DNA of 64,000 nt, from positions 83,557 through 147,556 of the forward strand of contig CAZLRH010000009.1 of NCBI GenBank assembly GCA_964562015.1. Direction: 5' to 3'. Position numbers and translations under genes: made by a program. The notes under the pieces are model-generated. The model ran no database searches. It saw only the letters and a list, made by a program, of their open reading frames with translations, and was not told the DNA's origin. Positions 35,842 through 45,987 of the stretch are shown piece after piece. Each line of letters opens with the position of its first letter. The stretch's first letter is position 1. Source of the stretch: an uncultured Opitutales bacterium (GTDB lineage Bacteria > Verrucomicrobiota > Verrucomicrobiia > Opitutales > JABDGR01).

Positions 35842-36531
35842 ATGCCTGCCGACGCCATCATCCGCGTGCGCGACTTGCACCACTCCTTCACTGAAGGGAT
35901 GGCGGCCAAGGAGGTCCTGCATGGCATCGACGCCGATTTTGCGCGCGGGGAAATCTGCCTCATCATGGGCCCTTCCGGCTCGGGCAAGACCACGCTGTTA
36001 AAACTCATTGGCGGCCAGCGCGGCCTGCAAAAAGGCAGCATCGTCGTGGACGGCCGCGAACTCGCCGGCGCGAAGCAGCGCGACCTCGTCGCCGTGCGGC
36101 GCAAGATTGGTTTCATCTTCCAAGGCCACCACCTGCTCGATGCGCTCACGGTCTGCCAAAATGTGCAGATGCCGTTGAGTTTTGACCCCGCGCAAACGGG
36201 CGCCACCTCGCGCGCCGCCGCGCTCGAGATGCTCCGCCGCGTGGGGCTGGAGGATCATGCCGAGAAAAAACCCGAGCACCTTTCCGGCGGCCAGAAGCAG
36301 CGTGTGGCCATCGCCCGTGCCTTGATTCACAAGCCCTCCATTATTCTGGCGGACGAACCGACCGCCTCGCTCGATAAAAAAACGGGCCGCGAAGTCGTGG
36401 ATCTCCTCCAGCACCTCGCCAAGGAAGTCGGCTGCACCATTGTGTTAGTCACCCACGACAGCCGCATCATGGACGTCGCCGACCGCCTCATCCACCTCGA
36501 GGACGGCCGCCTGGCCGCGCTGGAGGGTTAA
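35842..36531 (+). CDS. DevA-type ABC ATP-binding protein
   Basis: GPSGSGKTT, LSGGQKQRVAIARAL, ILADEPTASLD, LVTHD. Confidence 0.92.
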   Translation: MPADAIIRVRDLHHSFTEGMAAKEVLHGIDADFARGEICLIMGPSGSGKTTLLKLIGGQRGLQKGSIVVDGRELAGAKQRDLVAVRRKIGFIFQGHHLLDALTVCQNVQMPLSFDPAQTGATSRAAALEMLRRVGLEDHAEKKPEHLSGGQKQRVAIARALIHKPSIILADEPTASLDKKTGREVVDLLQHLAKEVGCTIVLVTHDSRIMDVADRLIHLEDGRLAALEG

Positions 36532-36560
36532 GCGGCATCTTGAAATCCGGAACCGGAGTT

Positions 36561-36638
36561 TTGACAGAATTTACAAAATTTCCAGAATTGAAATCCCGGT
36601 TTGGTTTGAATTTTTTCAATTCTGTTAATTCTGTCCAA
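36561..36638. repeat. Inverted element with 9-nt periodic (CAGAATT) arms between convergent devA and ispD
   Basis: Left arm TTGACAGAATTTACAAAATTTCCAGAATTG; right arm CAATTCTGTTAATTCTGTCCAA. Confidence 0.7.
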
Positions 36639-36674
36639 ACTCTTTCAGAAACGGGACAGACGGTGGCTCCTCTA

Positions 36675-37388
36675 CTAACCTTTTGTTCGCCCCAGCAGCA
36701 ACTCCACCCACGCAAAATCCTCCGGGTGTGTGAGCTTCGGGTTGGGGGAGGGGTTTTCCACGATGGTTACGGGGTGGCCGAGTGCCGTGACAGCGGCCAC
36801 GTCATCGGTCACACGGAGCTTTTTTGCGCGAACTTTTTCGTAGGCTCGCAAAATCAATTCCCGCGCGAAGGCCTGGGGCGTTTCCATCGCCCACAGCGTT
36901 TCGCGGCGCAGGTCGCGTAGCTTTTGTCGCTCCAGCTTTTTTTCGGCGCGCACTTGCTTGATGGTGTCTGTTACCCGATGCGCGAGCACCGCCGCCTGGT
37001 CCTTTTGCACTGCCGCCAGCAACGTTTGCAGCACGGCGGGCGTGATCAGTGGCCGCGCGCAATCGTGGATAAACACACAGTCCACCTTCGTCGATAATTT
37101 GCGCACGCCGTTGTAAACCGAATCCTGCCGTTCCGCTCCGCCGCGCACGTAGAGCGCTTTCGCATTTTTTCCACGCGCGACTTGGGCAAACAGCTTTGCA
37201 ATCGCCCGCTGCTGTTCGGTGTCGCGCACGACAAAGACAAATTGATCGACAATCCCCGCCGCGAGAAAGGCTTGAATCGAATACGCCAGCGCCGGGCGGC
37301 CCGCGAGCGGGGCCAGCACTTTGTCGGCCACCGCGCCTTGCATGCGGGTGGCGCGTCCGGCGCAGAGCATCACGGCGGCGTGGGCCAT
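36675..37388 (-). CDS. ispD: 2-C-methyl-D-erythritol 4-phosphate cytidylyltransferase
   Basis: LCAGRATRM..DKV, GGAERQDSVYNG, IHDCARP, ETPQAF, TDDVAAV, NPKLTHPED. Confidence 0.92.
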   Translation of the reverse strand: MAHAAVMLCAGRATRMQGAVADKVLAPLAGRPALAYSIQAFLAAGIVDQFVFVVRDTEQQRAIAKLFAQVARGKNAKALYVRGGAERQDSVYNGVRKLSTKVDCVFIHDCARPLITPAVLQTLLAAVQKDQAAVLAHRVTDTIKQVRAEKKLERQKLRDLRRETLWAMETPQAFARELILRAYEKVRAKKLRVTDDVAAVTALGHPVTIVENPSPNPKLTHPEDFAWVELLLGRTKG

Positions 37389-37399
37389 CGGCAAATTTT

Positions 37400-38110
37400 T
37401 TAGGAATTGCACGCGCCGTGCAAGGTGGCGTGCAGCGCGGCCAGGGCGGCGCGGGGATCGGCGGCCTGCAACAGCGGCCGGCCCACCACGAGCAAATCAG
37501 CGCCCGCGGCGGCGGCGGCGGCGGGCGTGAGCGAGCGTTTCTGATCGCCGGGGTCTGAGCCCGGCGGGCGAATGCCGGGCGTGACGAGCAGGGGCGTGGG
37601 GCCGAAACGCGCGCGCAACGCGGGCAACTCTTCCGGCGAGCACACCAGGCCTGGAATGCCGGTGTCGAGGGCCAGCGCGGCCAGACGCTCGACCTGGCTG
37701 GCCGGCGTGGCGGGAACACCCGTGGCCACCAGCGCTTGCGCATCCAGTGAAGTCAGGACCGTCACCGCGAGCAGGCGCAAATTCGGCGACGTTTCCGCCG
37801 CGGCCATCACCGCCTGCCGCAGCATTTCCGGCCCGCCCGCGGCGTGCACCGTCAGTAACTCGCACGGCCGGTCGCGCAGACTCCGAATGGCCGAGGCCAC
37901 GGTGTGCGGGATGTCATGCAATTTGAGATCAAGAAAAATGCGATGGCCACGCCGGGCGACCACGTCGAGCAGTGCGGGCCCTTCGCGCACAAATAGCTGC
38001 AGGCCGATTTTGACCCATTTCAGATTCGGGCCAATCCGGTCCAGAAAAGCTTCGGCCTCGACGCGCGAGGGCACGTCGAGGGCCAGGACGATTTCGCAGG
38101 GAGAACGCAT
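37400..38110 (-). CDS. pyrF: Orotidine 5'-phosphate decarboxylase
   Basis: LALDV, VKIGLQLF, FLDLKLHDIPHTV, AVTVLTS, TPGIRP..DQKR, VVGRP. Confidence 0.95.
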   Translation of the reverse strand: MRSPCEIVLALDVPSRVEAEAFLDRIGPNLKWVKIGLQLFVREGPALLDVVARRGHRIFLDLKLHDIPHTVASAIRSLRDRPCELLTVHAAGGPEMLRQAVMAAAETSPNLRLLAVTVLTSLDAQALVATGVPATPASQVERLAALALDTGIPGLVCSPEELPALRARFGPTPLLVTPGIRPPGSDPGDQKRSLTPAAAAAAGADLLVVGRPLLQAADPRAALAALHATLHGACNS

Positions 38111-38114
38111 GCGG

Positions 38115-38156
38115 GAAAGTTAGAAGTCGGAATGCAGAATGCAGAAGTCTGAAGCA
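38115..38156. repeat. Degenerate heptamer tandem array (x6) directly 5' of the pyrF start codon
   Basis: GAAAGTT AGAAGTC GGAATGC AGAATGC AGAAGTC TGAAGCA. Confidence 0.75.
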
Positions 38157-38226
38157 AATACGCAAAGGAAAAAACTTGGGCCAGTAACGGAGCATGGATA
38201 TTCTTTGCCTCACCCGGAGGAAACTC

Positions 38227-38255
38227 TTGACGGGGCCGGGTGGGCGCGCTTAAAT
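38227..38255 (+). promoter_or_regulatory. Sigma-70-like promoter of tRNA-Ala
   Basis: TTGACG-N17-TTAAAT, 20 nt before the tRNA 5' end. Confidence 0.6.
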
Positions 38256-38275
38256 CAACGTTTCCGCAGTCGACT

Positions 38276-38351
38276 GGGGTCGTAGCTCAGTTGGAAGAGC
38301 GCCACAATGGCATTGTGGAGGTCGTGGGTTCGAGCCCCATCGGCTCCACCA
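38276..38351 (+). tRNA. tRNA-Ala (GGC)
   Basis: 76-nt cloverleaf, anticodon loop AT-GGC-AT, G3:U70 alanine identity pair, GGTTCGA T-loop, encoded CCA. Confidence 0.97.
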
Positions 38352-38408
38352 GTCGCATGATAAAAAAGACGGAGGGAAAGACGGAAGCTGGACGTAAGGG
38401 GCGGTTAA

Positions 38409-39629
<1,221 letters not shown>

Positions 39630-39639
39630 TTCAAAACGA

Positions 39640-39712
39640 AACCGCAGTTGACGCGGGGGAGCGCAGATTTTTAAATCCGAAAATCTGTGTAAATCTGCGC
39701 CATCTGCGGTTA
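39640..39712. repeat. Inverted element with 9-nt periodic arms between gap and pgk
   Basis: The right arm ATCTGCGCCATCTGCGGTTA (39693-39712) is identical to 16945-16964; the left arm AACCGCAG..GCGCAGAT is degenerate. Confidence 0.75.
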
Positions 39713-39729
39713 ATTCTTATCTTCTTCTC

Positions 39730-40932
39730 ATGCCTCGCACCAAGACCGTTCACGACCTGAATCTCGCCGGCCAGCGCGTGTTTGTGCGCGTGGATTTCAA
39801 TGTCCCGCTCGACGAGCACGGCCACGTTTCCGACGACACTCGCATTGTCGAGTCGCTGCCCACCATTCGGCACCTGGTCAGCCAGGGGGCGAAGGTGATC
39901 TTGGCCAGCCACCTCGGGCGGCCCAAGGGTAAGCGCGATCCGAAACAGTCGCTCAAGCCCGTCGCGGCGATCTTGTCCAAGCACCTCGGTACGACGGTGG
40001 CCTTTGCGGACGACTGCGTCGGCCCAGTCGCGGAAGCCGCGGCGGCGGCGTTGAAAAACGGCGAGGTCCTGCTGCTCGAGAACGTGCGCTTTTACGCGGC
40101 CGAAGAAAAGAACGACGCCGCTTTTGCCCAGCAGTTGGCGAAACTCGCGGAAGTTTTTGTCAACGATGCCTTCGGCTCGGCCCACCGGGCCCATGCCTCG
40201 ACCGCCGGCATCGCGGCGCATCTGCCCGCGCGGGTCGCCGGTTTGCTCATGCAAAAAGAGTTGGCCTTCCTCGGCGATAAAACCGCCCAGCCGGTGCGGC
40301 CTTTCTGCGTCATCCTCGGCGGCGCCAAAGTCAGCGACAAAATCAAGGTCATCGACACCCTCCTCGACAAGGCGGACTCCATGCTCATCGGCGGCGCAAT
40401 GGCTTACACCTTCGGCCTCGCGCTGGGCAAGAAAGTCGGCAAGAGCCTCACCGAGCCCGACAAAATCGGCCTCGCCCAATCCGCTATCGACAAGGCCAAG
40501 GCCAAGGGCGTGAAGCTGCTCCTGCCGGTCGATAATCTGATTACCGACAAGCTGGATTTCGCCAACGCGCAGGTCGGCGCCACCCAAATCGTCGCCGGTG
40601 ACATTCCCGACGGCTGGGAAGGCGTGGACATCGGGCCCAAGACCATCGAGCTTTTCAATGCGGAAATCGCCCGGGCCAAGACCATCTTGTGGAACGGCCC
40701 GATGGGCGTGTTCGAAATCAAGGCCTGCAACCAAGGCACTTTCGCGGTGGCTGGCGCGGTCGCGGCCAACTCCGGCGCCATTTCCATCATTGGTGGCGGC
40801 GACTCCGTGAAGGCCGTCAAAAAGAGCGGCCAGGCTGGAAAAGTGACGTTCATCAGCACCGGCGGCGGCGCGAGCCTCGAGTTCCTCGAAGGCCAGGTGC
40901 TGCCCGGCGTGGCTTGTCTGGAAACTGTTTGA
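39730..40932 (+). CDS. pgk: Phosphoglycerate kinase
   Basis: RVDFNVP, SHLGRPKG, LLENVRF, NDAFGSAHRAHAS, GGAKVSDK, WNGPMGVFE, STGGGASLE. Confidence 0.97.
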   Translation: MPRTKTVHDLNLAGQRVFVRVDFNVPLDEHGHVSDDTRIVESLPTIRHLVSQGAKVILASHLGRPKGKRDPKQSLKPVAAILSKHLGTTVAFADDCVGPVAEAAAAALKNGEVLLLENVRFYAAEEKNDAAFAQQLAKLAEVFVNDAFGSAHRAHASTAGIAAHLPARVAGLLMQKELAFLGDKTAQPVRPFCVILGGAKVSDKIKVIDTLLDKADSMLIGGAMAYTFGLALGKKVGKSLTEPDKIGLAQSAIDKAKAKGVKLLLPVDNLITDKLDFANAQVGATQIVAGDIPDGWEGVDIGPKTIELFNAEIARAKTILWNGPMGVFEIKACNQGTFAVAGAVAANSGAISIIGGGDSVKAVKKSGQAGKVTFISTGGGASLEFLEGQVLPGVACLETV

Positions 40933-41001
40933 GTTTGGGCCGGCACTTGTGCTAGGGATGGCCTTCGCGCGCGGCCTTTTTCGCCGCGCCCGCCATTTCC
41001 C

Positions 41002-41790
41002 ATGTCCAAAAGCGTTCGCAAATTTCTCATCGCCGGCAACTGGAAGATGAACAAGACCGCCGCCGAAGCGGTGGACTTGATTCAGCAAATCGCCACCGAA
41101 GTAGGCAAGGAAACCGACGTCACCGTTGCCGTCTGCCCGCCCTTCACGGCGCTCGAAAGCGCGGCCCGCGCCCTCGAGAATTTCCAGGTCAAGCTTGGCG
41201 CGCAAAACCTGCACCCCGAGCCGTCGGGCGCCTTTACCGGCGAGATTTCCGCGCATATGCTGCGCACTCTTTTTGTCACCTACGTGATCCTCGGCCACAG
41301 TGAACGCCGCCAGTATTTTGCCGAGACGGACGCCTTCATCAACCGCAAGGTGCTCGCCGCGCTCGAAGCCAACCTCAGCCCCATTCTTTGCGTCGGTGAA
41401 ACGCTCGCCGAGCGCGAGGCCGGCAAGACGATGGACGTCGTGCGCCGCCAGCTCGAAGGCGGCCTGACCGGCGTCGGCGCCGTGCACGCTGAAAAACTCG
41501 TCATCGCCTATGAGCCCGTATGGGCCATCGGCACCGGCAAGACCGCGACGCCCGCCATGGCGCAGGAAGTCCATGGCGCCATCCGGTTGCTGCTGAACAG
41601 CCAGTTGGGCGCGGCCGGGGGTGCCAAGGTGCGTATTCTTTACGGAGGCTCCATGAAGCCCGACAATGCCGACGCGCTGATGGCCGAGGCGGACATCGAC
41701 GGCGGGCTCATCGGCGGAGCCTCGCTCGAAGCCAAGTCCTTCGTGAAAATCATCCAGGCCGCGCAGCACCATGCGAAGCGCCGGAATTAA
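41002..41790 (+). CDS. tpiA: Triosephosphate isomerase
   Basis: AGNWKMNK, GAFTGEIS, ILGHSERR, AYEPVWAIGTG, LYGGS, GGLIGGASL. Confidence 0.97.
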   Translation: MSKSVRKFLIAGNWKMNKTAAEAVDLIQQIATEVGKETDVTVAVCPPFTALESAARALENFQVKLGAQNLHPEPSGAFTGEISAHMLRTLFVTYVILGHSERRQYFAETDAFINRKVLAALEANLSPILCVGETLAEREAGKTMDVVRRQLEGGLTGVGAVHAEKLVIAYEPVWAIGTGKTATPAMAQEVHGAIRLLLNSQLGAAGGAKVRILYGGSMKPDNADALMAEADIDGGLIGGASLEAKSFVKIIQAAQHHAKRRN

Positions 41791-41862
41791 GCGGCGCTCA
41801 TTTTCGGATCCGTGCTAAATTTTAGCGCGGTTTAAATTAACGTGCAGCCCGTAGCTTGGGTG

Positions 41863-41922
41863 GTAGGGACGCCTCTCCGAGGCGTCCGGCACCAGCTACG
41901 GACAGCTCGGAGCCGTGCCAAC
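41863..41922. repeat. REP-like doublet downstream of tpiA
   Basis: GTAGGGACGCCTCTCCGAGGCGTCC (41863-41887) plus a degenerate inverted partner GGACAGCTCGGAGCCGTGCCAAC (41900-41922). Confidence 0.75.
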
Positions 41923-41968
41923 CTCGGCAAGGACTTGGACACGACCTCAGCTTTTTGAAAATGCTCTT

Positions 41969-42064
41969 TTAATACCACACGACCCACGTCAGGGCGGTGG
42001 CGGCAATTACGAGCAGCACCGTCAAAGCGCGGGCCTCCGTGCGCGTGAGCTGGAAAAAGTGCAT
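41969..42064 (-). CDS. Candidate 31-aa small membrane protein (not in the ORF track)
   Basis: ATG 42064 to TAA 41969: MHFFQLTRTEARALTVLLVIAATALTWVVWY; one TM-length hydrophobic stretch, mostly G/C third positions. Confidence 0.35.
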   Translation of the reverse strand: MHFFQLTRTEARALTVLLVIAATALTWVVWY

Positions 42065-42148
42065 GGCGCTTTTTATTTTTTCGCTCCAGGTCGGTGCGTT
42101 CCAAGGTAAACGTCAACCACCGTTAAACGACGTCAACACCGCTAAAAT

Positions 42149-42223
42149 TGGTGGGCCGGCGGGGACTCGAACCCCGAACCAACGGCTTAAAAGGCCGCTG
42201 CTCTACCATTGAGCTACCAGCCC
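42149..42223 (-). tRNA. tRNA-Lys (TTT)
   Basis: GGGCTGGTAGCTCAATGGTAGAGCAGCGGCCTTTTAAGCCGTTGGTTCGGGGTTCGAGTCCCCGCCGGCCCACCA; anticodon loop CT-TTT-AA, encoded CCA. Confidence 0.96.
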
Positions 42224-42336
42224 GCGGGCGAGACGGGTCTTTTGCCATGCGCCCAAAGAAAGCTTCTAAAGCAGTCACGCTGCCTTTGGCAAGCCGGTTT
42301 GAGCCCAGGGCAATAAAATCGCACATCCCGCCGGTC

Positions 42337-42927
42337 TCACAGAAATTTAATCAGCAACCCCCAGAAAACACAGCCGGCCACCGCCAGCGCGACCGCCAGC
42401 AGGCGCACCCGCCGGGCGAGTTCGCCACTTCCGCGCGCGGCCAGCGCGCCCGCCAGTTTTAGGACGAACCACGCGAGGGGCGGAAAAATAAACGACAGGC
42501 CGCACAGCGTGTACGCACGGCTCGCGAAGGCCGGGTCCGCTGGATTCGAGCCGAGAAATTCTGCCAGCACGGGCACCACGCCGGCCTGGCGTGGCCTGAC
42601 CGCTGACGACGAGGAAGAGGCTCCAGGGCGGGCGCTCGCCGGAAGGGTGGTGGTGTCGGCGGCGGCCTTTCCGTCCGCGGTGGTGTCAGCGATTCCTTCC
42701 GCTGTGGATGAGGCGGTGCCGTTCGAGGCCGCGCCGCTCAACAAATGTGCCCAGCGCCCGCCCTCGGCCTGTTGCAATAACTGCCGCAGGGGCACCGACC
42801 CTTGATCCGTTTCCACGCGATGCAGCAGGCTGATTTCACCGCGTTGGAGCAACTCCGCCAATTGCTCGACTGAGTACGGACCGTCGTGTCGCCCCTTCCA
42901 GGAAACGAAATAGGTGGAGGCGGGCAT
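42337..42927 (-). CDS. GYF_2 (DUF4339)-like domain protein with C-terminal TM hairpin
   Basis: YFVSWKGRHDGPYSVEQLAELLQRGEI pattern, low-complexity linker, and two hydrophobic C-terminal segments. Start ATG 42927. Confidence 0.75.
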   Translation of the reverse strand: MPASTYFVSWKGRHDGPYSVEQLAELLQRGEISLLHRVETDQGSVPLRQLLQQAEGGRWAHLLSGAASNGTASSTAEGIADTTADGKAAADTTTLPASARPGASSSSSAVRPRQAGVVPVLAEFLGSNPADPAFASRAYTLCGLSFIFPPLAWFVLKLAGALAARGSGELARRVRLLAVALAVAGCVFWGLLIKFL

Positions 42928-42932
42928 TGGAA

Positions 42933-43010
42933 GAAAGGCAGAAGGTAGAACGTAGAATGCAGAAAGCTGAACGCAGAAGTTAGAATGGAGAAAGTAGAAG
43001 TTGGAATTAC
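42933..43010. repeat. Degenerate heptamer tandem array (about 10-11 units) directly 5' of the GYF gene start codon
   Basis: AGAAGGT AGAACGT AGAATGC AGAAAGC TGAACGC AGAAGTT AGAATGG AGAAAGT AGAAGTT GGAATTA. Confidence 0.85.
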
Positions 43011-43080
43011 AGATTGAGCAATGCAAGCACGGGGTTGCCAGCCTGGTGCAACAGCAAATATTTTCAGGACTCGTTTCCCT

Positions 43081-45987
43081 TTACGGCGTCGCCGGAATAT
43101 CGCGCGAGAACAGCAGCGGGGTCAAGCGCGCGGGCGGGGCTGTCGGGGTGTTGCTGCCAGCGCCATAAAGCGGCCGCCAGTTTCCCGCGGTGTCCATGCC
43201 CCACAGCGGCCACGCGCCGGTGGGCGGGTTGACGATGACGGCCTTTTGGTCGAGGTCCACGAAGCCGGCGAATTGAAAGGTGGTGGCCCGCAAGGTGAGA
43301 AGTTTTTGCAGGTTCTGCGCCGCTTCGTCGTAATAACGGTGGCCCGCGGTGCGTGTGTAAAAGGCGGCCAGATCCGCGGCCAGGTGGGAACTCGCGGCGG
43401 GAAACAACCAGTCCGCCGGCTGCAATTTGCCGCCGGTGAGGCGGTCCAGCTCGGCGGCCTCCATTTGCGCGGTGGGCGAAAACGCCAGGCCCCAGTCGTT
43501 CGGGCGGTTCTTCGCGATGGCGATGATCTCCTGCTGCAAATACGCCTTGAGGATGGGCGAGGCGTCGGCATCGGCGCGCACATCATCCAGCACGCGCAGG
43601 AGCGGCTCGCGAATCGTGCCGGCGCGGGGCTCATAGGCCTGTTTCAGACGCGCCACCAGTTGCGACTCCGGCGTCATTTGCAGCCCGTCGAACAAATCGC
43701 CGCTGGGCGATTGGTTGTAATTTTTCCAAAGGACCTGGCGGATCGTGGTCGTGCCGTCCGGATTGATGATGCTGCCGGACTCGCGCACCAGGACATTATT
43801 ACCCGTCAAGGCTTCGTCCGAGCGCGTGATTTGCCCCGCCAAAAACACCGGCGTCGTCGCTGTCACGTTGCCATTTTCGTAATGCACGAGATTGGCGCGG
43901 TAGGTGTTCGCCAGGAGGTCGCTGATGACGCGGCGCGCGTACGCGAGGTCCTCGTTTTGCGCGCTGGCGGCGGGCTGGAGGCGGGTGTCTTTGACCGCGC
44001 CCAAGTACGTCCACTGGGCGGATTCGCCCGGCAGCAGGATGCGCTGCGCGAGGTTGTTCCAGTCAAATTTATCGCCCAGCAGGGCGTGGGCGGAAGCGAC
44101 CGCGGCGTCGCCCACGATGGGATTCGCCGCGAGGCGGTCGAGCGGCCCGCGATACTCCTCGAGCGAGTGGGCCTGGGGATACTGGCTTTCCGCCGCCAGC
44201 GCGTCACGGGCGGCGGCGTCGAGCACGTCGAGTTGGGTGGTGAACGCCATGATTTGCGCGCGGGCGTTTTCTTCGCCGGGCGACTCGTGGCCCGGATTGG
44301 GCGCAATGGCCCCGGCCTCCGCGAGGATGGCCCGCGCGGGCGCAATGGCCGCCGCCACGGTTTCCGCATTGGCCGTTGTCGGCAATTTTTCGGCAAAATA
44401 CTGGCCGAGGCGATTCGCAATTTCCGCCAACGTGGCCGCCCGTTGCTCCTGCACTTGCGCCAGTTGCTGCGTCCAGCGCGTGCGGCGGTCGGCCACGGCT
44501 GACTGGATTGGCGCGGCAGATTCGGCGTCCAGTTTGGCGGCGCGCTTCTCCATGTCCGCCAGCGCCGCCAGCCCCTCGGCGAGTTGCGCCGGGTTGGGGG
44601 CATGGGCGACGAGGGCATCGATGCGGGCGAAATCTTTTTGGAAACCGTCCTGCACGGAAGCCTGCGCGCCAACAAAGGTGCGCGCCCGCGCCAGCAACGG
44701 CGAGAGCGTGGGATCGTCGTTGAGGTCGGCGTAATGCGCGTCGAAATCCTTGAGCGCCTCGGCCAGGGGCGCATAGGCCTCATGCTGGAGTAATTCATCG
44801 AAGCGGTTGATTTGCGCCTCCCGCCGCTGTTGGCGAAAATGGCCCCACATCGCCAGGCCCACGACCAGCGCCACCACCGCCGCCGCCGCCAGGCCCAGCC
44901 CTACGCGGTGCAGGCGGCGCCGTTTGAGTTCGGCGCGCACGCGGGCGATTTGGTCGTCGAAGCGCGAGCGCAGCGGACCAGCGGGCGCGGCCCCCTTGGC
45001 CGCCATGGCGTCGATCCGCATCTGCAAGTCGTCCAATCGTGCAGCCACGGCGGCATCGGTTAACGGCCGCAGCGATTCTCCCGCGAGACGCTCAAGGTGC
45101 GCGGCCAGTTCGCGCTGGGCGTGTTGCTGCTCCTCGGCCCGGCGCTGTTCCGCGAGCAGGCCGGCGGACCAGGTGCGCACGGCGTCGGTCAAGCTTTCCG
45201 TTTCCGGCGCGAGGGTGAAGGAAAACTGGCTGCGCAAGGCGTCCCATTCGGCCAGCAAGGGCAGCGATTCGCTCCACTGCGCGGACTCCCGCAATTGGTG
45301 CAAGGCGCCCGCCAGTTCCTGGCAACGGGCGCGGGCGTTTTCGAACTGGTGTTGTTCGCGCACGACCACGGCGCGCTGCCACCCGGCATCCTGCTCGAGG
45401 GCGGCCCAGCCATCCGCTTCCAGTGATTCCATCAAGCCCAGCAGGCGCGCGGTGTCATTGCGCTCCAGCGCCACGGCCAGCTCGGCCAGCTTGTGTTCGG
45501 CCAGCTTGCGCGACAGGCGGGCCACCTCGGCATGAGCGTTGGCGTCCTCGGGGTTGACCCGCAAAATAGACTGCAAAACGCGCAGGGCCTGCTCCTCCTG
45601 CCGGGTGCGCATGGCCTGCCGGTAGTCCCGGTACAACGGATGGGATTCGCCAATAGTTTTTCCGTAAAGTTGATTGACGAGGTCCACCTGCCGCTCGTCG
45701 AACGGCGGGGCCACCGGCAGGCCGCGCCGCTGGCAGAAGGCCCGCCAGGCTTCGACTTCGGCAAACGACAATTGCCGGGCGACATCCAGCACCGGCGGGG
45801 GTGCCTCTGCAATTTGCAAGGCCTGGTAATCCTGCCCGCTGCGAATTAGCGGGACGATTTGCTCGATCCGGCGCGCCGCCGCCGCGCACGCTTCCACATA
45901 TTCAGCGGCAAGCGCGCGCTGCTCGAATTCCGAGGCGTAATCCTGCAACGCGGCGCGAATGCGGTTAAGGAGTCGATCCAGTTGCAT
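43081..45987 (-). CDS. Large helical/coiled-coil single-pass membrane protein of the GTPase/GAP1 operon
   Basis: Ala/Glu/Arg-rich helical N-terminus, TM (GLGLAAAAVVALVVGLAMWG) at about aa 365-385, long extracytoplasmic part; start overlaps the upstream gene's stop by 23 nt. Confidence 0.8.
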   Translation of the reverse strand: MQLDRLLNRIRAALQDYASEFEQRALAAEYVEACAAAARRIEQIVPLIRSGQDYQALQIAEAPPPVLDVARQLSFAEVEAWRAFCQRRGLPVAPPFDERQVDLVNQLYGKTIGESHPLYRDYRQAMRTRQEEQALRVLQSILRVNPEDANAHAEVARLSRKLAEHKLAELAVALERNDTARLLGLMESLEADGWAALEQDAGWQRAVVVREQHQFENARARCQELAGALHQLRESAQWSESLPLLAEWDALRSQFSFTLAPETESLTDAVRTWSAGLLAEQRRAEEQQHAQRELAAHLERLAGESLRPLTDAAVAARLDDLQMRIDAMAAKGAAPAGPLRSRFDDQIARVRAELKRRRLHRVGLGLAAAAVVALVVGLAMWGHFRQQRREAQINRFDELLQHEAYAPLAEALKDFDAHYADLNDDPTLSPLLARARTFVGAQASVQDGFQKDFARIDALVAHAPNPAQLAEGLAALADMEKRAAKLDAESAAPIQSAVADRRTRWTQQLAQVQEQRAATLAEIANRLGQYFAEKLPTTANAETVAAAIAPARAILAEAGAIAPNPGHESPGEENARAQIMAFTTQLDVLDAAARDALAAESQYPQAHSLEEYRGPLDRLAANPIVGDAAVASAHALLGDKFDWNNLAQRILLPGESAQWTYLGAVKDTRLQPAASAQNEDLAYARRVISDLLANTYRANLVHYENGNVTATTPVFLAGQITRSDEALTGNNVLVRESGSIINPDGTTTIRQVLWKNYNQSPSGDLFDGLQMTPESQLVARLKQAYEPRAGTIREPLLRVLDDVRADADASPILKAYLQQEIIAIAKNRPNDWGLAFSPTAQMEAAELDRLTGGKLQPADWLFPAASSHLAADLAAFYTRTAGHRYYDEAAQNLQKLLTLRATTFQFAGFVDLDQKAVIVNPPTGAWPLWGMDTAGNWRPLYGAGSNTPTAPPARLTPLLFSRDIPATP

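Noticed and set aside
39631-41772. 713-aa minus-strand ORF
   Set aside because: Antisense shadow of pgk and tpiA, which are unambiguous.
41790-42148. secG after tpiA
   Set aside because: No ORF with SecG features on the plus strand here.
42080-42149. Integration site (att) at the tRNA-Lys 3' end for the GTPase operon
   Set aside because: The operon lies on the tRNA 5' side, I saw no duplicated tRNA 3' end, and there is no integrase in the window.
42933-43010. Possible CRISPR array
   Set aside because: Units are 7 nt, degenerate and have no unique spacers; no cas genes in the window.
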